Assembly: GCA_963664195.1 (NCBI GenBank)
Contig: OY760907.1
Location: forward strand, 3,040,001-3,104,000
DNA length: 64,000 bases
DNA from: an uncultured candidate division Zixibacteria bacterium
GTDB lineage: Bacteria; Zixibacteria; MSB-5A5; GN15; FEB-12
Reading direction: 5' to 3'
The first letter of the stretch is position 1, and each line of letters starts with the position of its first letter. The translations under genes were made by a program, and so were the position numbers. The notes below the pieces were generated by a model. That model saw nothing but the letters and a program-made list of their open reading frames with translations. It was not told the DNA's origin and ran no database searches. This document shows, piece after piece, positions 59,718-64,000 of the stretch.

Positions 59718-59820
59718 GACGAGCCACTTGGCAATCGGTTGCACTACAAATGCATAGGGGATATAGCAGGTCTACTATATACTTGTTCAGGCTGAACGAT
59801 CATCGTGTGTTGGAAGTTCC
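59718..59820 (-). promoter_or_regulatory. Tandem ECF-sigma-type promoters for the metalloprotease
   Basis: TGCAAC-N16-CGTC (59743-59718) and GGAAC-N17-CGTT (59820-59795). Confidence 0.55.
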
Positions 59821-59844
59821 ATGCACTGCTCAGAATGCCTGGGT

Positions 59845-60342
59845 TCAGTCGGCGCTGAAATCGAGGTAGGCGCGGCCCCGGTCGGTGAGTTCGTAGTAGG
59901 TGTGATTGCGATGTTTGATCCACTTGTTGTGGACTATGCCTTTGCGATAACGGATGATAAGCGGGTCGACCCGTTGCAGGAGCAGCATGTCGCGCAGCTT
60001 TCTGTGCCGGTCAAAAACGAGTTGTCTGTCAATGTACAGCATTCGGGCGACTTTCTGGGAATAGTCGACGCCGTACACGAGGTGGTGTCCGAGAATGGCG
60101 AAATCCGTTTCGTCAAGATCGTGGAAGTCATTGTCGGGCGTGAACTTGACTATGGCAATAATGTCTTTCCACTCAAGCTGCACGAGCCGGTTTTGGTCTG
60201 CCTTGGCCAGGTTGGTGCAGTCGGCGCGGTGTACTTTGATTTGATCGTCGAAGGAGCAATACCCTACAATTGCGTCATCCTGACGCGGATTACAGCATTT
60301 TGACGCGGTGTATTTCTCTTTGAGTTTTGGAGTGTCCTGCAT
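59845..60342 (-). CDS. RelA/SpoT zinc-finger (RIS/ZFD)-like domain fused to a DUF2250-like winged helix
   Basis: ASKCCNPRQDDAIVGY...IKVHRADCTNL...RLVQLEW, then LGHHLVYGVDYSQKVAR...KHRNHTYYELTDRG. Confidence 0.7.
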   Translation of the reverse strand: MQDTPKLKEKYTASKCCNPRQDDAIVGYCSFDDQIKVHRADCTNLAKADQNRLVQLEWKDIIAIVKFTPDNDFHDLDETDFAILGHHLVYGVDYSQKVARMLYIDRQLVFDRHRKLRDMLLLQRVDPLIIRYRKGIVHNKWIKHRNHTYYELTDRGRAYLDFSAD

Positions 60343-60453
60343 ACTGTTATAGATAACCGCTTCGATGCGTCAGCTCAAACGAAAAATCCGATTGTCGATT
60401 TCCCGCGATTCTATTACAATTCGTCCAACCGTGGACCCAACCAATGGATCAGC

Positions 60454-61644
60454 ATGCCTGAAACCCTGATTTCATCACCGGCCGGTATCATTGCCATGAT
60501 CGGTGCCGTGTGCTCGTTTTTCTTTTTTCTTGAGCGCAAGACCGAATCAAAGATATTCAACTACCTTCCACCGTTGATTTTCATCTACTTGATTCCTGTA
60601 GTGTTGTCCAACACGGGTGTGATTCCAAGCAAATCACCGGTGTACGATTTTATGGGGTCGAGTATTCTGCCGATGTTCCTGGCTATCATGCTGTTGGATG
60701 TAGACCTATTGGCCACGATCCGCGTGATGGGCAAGGGGATATTCGTGATGTTGCTGGGCACTCTTGGAGTTGTGATCGGTGCGCCTATCGGGTTTGCTGT
60801 TGTGAGCAGCGGTCTTGGACCGGAAGCGTGGAAGGGGTTTGGAGCACTTGCGGGAAGCTGGATCGGCGGTACAGGCAATATGCTGGCAGTGGGGCAGATG
60901 GTAGGGTTAAACGAAAGCTCGCTCGAATTCGGCTATGCTGTGATAGCCGACAATGCAGTGTATCTGGTTTGGCTGCCGATTATGCTGGCCTCGAAAAACC
61001 TGTCGAAACGGTTTCACTCCTTCACCGGTGTAACTCAGGATCGTTTGGAGAAGATGGAATCTGCTGCCGCTGAGCTGACGACCGACAAGGGGCCCATGGA
61101 GATGCGGCATTTCTTGTATCTGATCATGTTCGGGTTTGCCGTAACGGCGGTGGCGACCTGGATTTCAGGAATCTGTCCTCCGATCACGACAGCCGACGGT
61201 CAGACAATCGTATCGGCCAACACGTATAAGATACTGCTCGTTACGGCGCTAGGTGTGGCACTATCGTTTACGAAGGCGAGCACTATTCCCGGATCTCATG
61301 CCTTTTCGATGGCGCTTGTGTATCTTTTTGTAGCTCGCATGGGGGCAAAAGCTGACCTGAGCAATCTGGATTCGTTGGTGTTTCTGTTTCTCGGCGGGGC
61401 GTTTATCTGGATATTTATCCACGGCGGTTTTCTGCTGGCCGGGGCGCGGCTGTTCAAGGTTGATGTTCACACGGCTGCGATTGCCTCTGCGGCGAATATA
61501 GGTGGAGCAGCGTCGGCGCCGATTGTTGCGGCTTATCACAAACCGGCGTTAGTACCTGTGGCAGTGTTGATGGCCCTCCTTGGATATGCGATTGGAAACC
61601 CGGCTGCGTATGTGGCGGCGTTGCTGTGCCGATGGGTGGGGTGA
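60454..61644 (+). CDS. DUF819-family membrane protein
   Basis: AGSWIGGTGNM, ASAANIGGAASAP, LLGYAIGN. Confidence 0.88.
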   Translation: MPETLISSPAGIIAMIGAVCSFFFFLERKTESKIFNYLPPLIFIYLIPVVLSNTGVIPSKSPVYDFMGSSILPMFLAIMLLDVDLLATIRVMGKGIFVMLLGTLGVVIGAPIGFAVVSSGLGPEAWKGFGALAGSWIGGTGNMLAVGQMVGLNESSLEFGYAVIADNAVYLVWLPIMLASKNLSKRFHSFTGVTQDRLEKMESAAAELTTDKGPMEMRHFLYLIMFGFAVTAVATWISGICPPITTADGQTIVSANTYKILLVTALGVALSFTKASTIPGSHAFSMALVYLFVARMGAKADLSNLDSLVFLFLGGAFIWIFIHGGFLLAGARLFKVDVHTAAIASAANIGGAASAPIVAAYHKPALVPVAVLMALLGYAIGNPAAYVAALLCRWVG

Positions 61645-61655
61645 CGAGGAGAGAG

Positions 61656-62324
61656 CTAGGCTTCTTCCACCGCGCCTCGCATAAGCACAAACCGGACGCC
61701 GTAGAGTCGGGTTCGTGTGAGACCCTCGGTCCTCTTCTCATACAGAAACAGATCTTGCCCATAGGTTCCTGTAACGAGGGGAATAATCATCCGTCCACCC
61801 AAAGCCAGTTGGTTGGAGAGTTCGTCGGGTAAGAAGGGAGCGGCGGCGGTGACGAGGATGCCGTCGTAAGGCGCATGCCTGGCCCAGCCGAAAGCGCCGT
61901 CGCCGCACCTGGTGTGGATGTTCCTATATCCCAGTGCCTCGAGCCGCTTCACCGCCTTCTGTTGGAGAGACTCCAGGCATTCAATTGTATATACCTCGGA
62001 CGCGATTTCTGCCAACACAGCCGTTTGGTATCCACAGCCGGTGCCGATTTCCAGAACCCGGGAGTTGTTGCTCAATCGCAACTCCTGAGTCATGGAGGCC
62101 ACCACATAGGGTTGAGAGATCGTTTGTCCTCGTCCGATAGAGACGGGATGGTCTTCGTATGCCTGGTGGACATCAGCGGCAACAACAAACTTATGGCGAG
62201 GCACTTTGCGCATGGCGGCCAGTACGGCCTCGTCTGTTATACCGCGCTCAAGCAACTGGCATTTGACCATCTGCAAGCGCCTGTCCTTAAGATCGGACTC
62301 TGTTGGAAACTTTCTATTGCTCAT
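61656..62324 (-). CDS. pcm: Protein-L-isoaspartate O-methyltransferase
   Basis: VPRHKFV, GQTISQPY, VLEIGTGCGYQTA, APYDGILVTAA. Confidence 0.95.
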   Translation of the reverse strand: MSNRKFPTESDLKDRRLQMVKCQLLERGITDEAVLAAMRKVPRHKFVVAADVHQAYEDHPVSIGRGQTISQPYVVASMTQELRLSNNSRVLEIGTGCGYQTAVLAEIASEVYTIECLESLQQKAVKRLEALGYRNIHTRCGDGAFGWARHAPYDGILVTAAAPFLPDELSNQLALGGRMIIPLVTGTYGQDLFLYEKRTEGLTRTRLYGVRFVLMRGAVEEA

Positions 62325-62407
62325 TGCTATTTATTATACTGACCAACAATGCCGGACTGAAGTAGAAATAGACGGGCGGGGCAGATCCGCCGAAGGAGAC
62401 AAACTTG

Positions 62408-62884
62408 ATGGCAAAGCGATATTGGCTGTTCAAGTCAGAGCCAACAACGTATTCCGTGAAGGACCTTGCGTCGAAGCCGGGGCAGACTGATTGCTGGGAG
62501 GGCGTGCGCAACTACCAGGCCCGAAACATGCTTCGGGATGACGTTCAGAAGGGCGACGAAGTGCTGTTCTACCACAGCAAAACGAAGGTGCCGGGGATAG
62601 TCGGGATTTGTACGGTGGTGAGATCCGGTTATCCGGATCACGTGGCATTTGATCCTGACAGCAAGTATTTCGATCCGAAGTCCTCGCCGGATAATCCCCG
62701 GTGGTTCATGGTTGACGTGAAGCTGAAGAAGAAACTGGCTGAAATCATTCCGCTGGCCGACCTCAAACGGATGCCGGGCCTGGAGAACATGGCGGTGACA
62801 CAGAAAGGCTCCAGATTGTCGATTCAGCCGGTGACACCGGACGAGTGGAAGGTTATCATGTCGCGGGTGAAGGGGATGAAATAG
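62408..62884 (+). CDS. EVE domain protein
   Basis: YWLFKSEP, WEGVRNYQARN, FYHS, RLSIQPV. Confidence 0.93.
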   Translation: MAKRYWLFKSEPTTYSVKDLASKPGQTDCWEGVRNYQARNMLRDDVQKGDEVLFYHSKTKVPGIVGICTVVRSGYPDHVAFDPDSKYFDPKSSPDNPRWFMVDVKLKKKLAEIIPLADLKRMPGLENMAVTQKGSRLSIQPVTPDEWKVIMSRVKGMK

Positions 62885-62890
62885 ACTGCG

Positions 62891-64000
62891 CTATCTGACG
62901 AGGAGCATTTTGCGACCCTGCGAATGCCGGTCAGTCTTCAAGATGTAAAAATAGATGCCACTTGCTGCTTGCTGTCCTGCGTTATCATCTCCAAGCCAGA
63001 TGACTGTGTGGTCTCCGGCGCGCTGGAATTCATTCAACAACGTGCGAACAGTTTGTCCGAGGGAGTTGTACACGGTCATCTCGACTTGTGAGGCACGGGG
63101 GAGACTGTATGCAATCACCGTTTCCGGATTGAACGGGTTGGGATAGTTTTGTGACAGGCTGAATTCAGTTGGCAGTCCCTCCGGCGAGTCGCCCACTGTC
63201 GAGACGGGGTCAACAATCATGTTAAGTGCGAATTGAGACGTGTTGCCGTCACCGTCAGTGATCGTTGCTGTCACCGAATCGCCCGCGACGACTCCCGTCA
63301 GCGGGACGGCGAACTGACCGCTCATATCCGACAGTCCGGCGCCTACGTGCAATTCGCCCTCACCCTCTCCTGAAGGATCACTTGCCGCGAGGTATATATC
63401 GACTGTGCCGTTGGCGGCACCTGATACTCCGGAGACAAGATTGGCGTGTGCTTCGGCAATGACCGGCGGCCGTATGTCGTTCTGGGCGGAGTCGGCGAGG
63501 GCGATACCGAGGCTGTCGTTTTCGAAAATACTGTTGTAACGAATCAAGTTGTGTTTTGTGGTTGAACCGTGGACAAACACGCCGTTCCAGTCGTTGCCGG
63601 AAATGCCGTTGCCCTCTTCGGGAGAAGTGCCGCCGATGTAGTTGCAGCTGGCACCCGCGAATAGTCCGACGCCGTGGCCGGAGTTGGCCAGCGTGCCCGA
63701 TCCTGCGGCGGTAAGGCCGATGTAGTTGCCGATTATCCGGTTGTATTTTGTGTTGACGCCAACAATGTGTACACCGCGAGCGGTGAAAGCGGTCATGTCT
63801 CCTGAGCCGTTGCCGGATATGACGTTCCGTTCATCTTCGGTAATGCCGCCAATGACGTTGTACTGGGGGCCGCTGCTGATGACTACTCCGGCGCTGCCGT
63901 TGCGGAGGGCGCGGGCACCGTTGATGTCGGGGCCGATGTAGTTACCGCAAACGTGGTTGTAGTCCGTGCCGGGATCGCGAATCAACACACCGCAGCCGTT
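62891..64000 (-). CDS. Exported beta-helix repeat protein with FlgD/T9SS-like C-terminal domain (5' end outside the window)
   Basis: Repeated GNYIG / NVISGN units; C-terminal LPTEFSLSQNYPNPFNPET...ASGIYFY...RKMLLVR. Confidence 0.85.
   Translation of the reverse strand, partial: NGCGVLIRDPGTDYNHVCGNYIGPDINGARALRNGSAGVVISSGPQYNVIGGITEDERNVISGNGSGDMTAFTARGVHIVGVNTKYNRIIGNYIGLTAAGSGTLANSGHGVGLFAGASCNYIGGTSPEEGNGISGNDWNGVFVHGSTTKHNLIRYNSIFENDSLGIALADSAQNDIRPPVIAEAHANLVSGVSGAANGTVDIYLAASDPSGEGEGELHVGAGLSDMSGQFAVPLTGVVAGDSVTATITDGDGNTSQFALNMIVDPVSTVGDSPEGLPTEFSLSQNYPNPFNPETVIAYSLPRASQVEMTVYNSLGQTVRTLLNEFQRAGDHTVIWLGDDNAGQQAASGIYFYILKTDRHSQGRKMLLVR

Overview
A 64 kb gene-dense chromosomal window (standard code 11) from an anaerobic diderm bacterium. 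Gene content (GWxTD proteins, FlgD/T9SS-like C-terminal domains, DUF1573 proteins, single-chain PFOR) suggests the FCB superphylum, probably candidate phylum Zixibacteria; this is inference only. It carries core metabolism (por, dcd, cobO, trxB, hppA, glgP, pfkA), a Yip1-TolC-MFP-ABC exporter cluster, several peptidases and many exported proteins. I saw no rRNA, tRNA, CRISPR array or transposase. The best find is a hidden exported selenoprotein candidate. Two ORFs split in the track (20580-20783 and 20028-20432, minus strand) form one 251-codon DUF1573-type gene with an in-frame TGA in a U-G-C-T motif. The TGA is followed by a bacterial SECIS-like hairpin and aligns without gaps to Cys in the adjacent paralog. 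Other observations: a stand-alone RelA/SpoT zinc-finger domain fused to a DUF2250-like winged helix; a putative ECF-sigma regulon (AAC-N16/17-CGT) ahead of envelope genes including the GWxTD pair; a structured 5' leader before tolC; a sigma-28 promoter before an orphan cheW; Rex/CRP-like operators; a probable ATC start codon; enrichment of D-[ST]-hydrophobic O-glycosylation sequons in exported proteins; and a MITE-like element plus REP-like palindromes.
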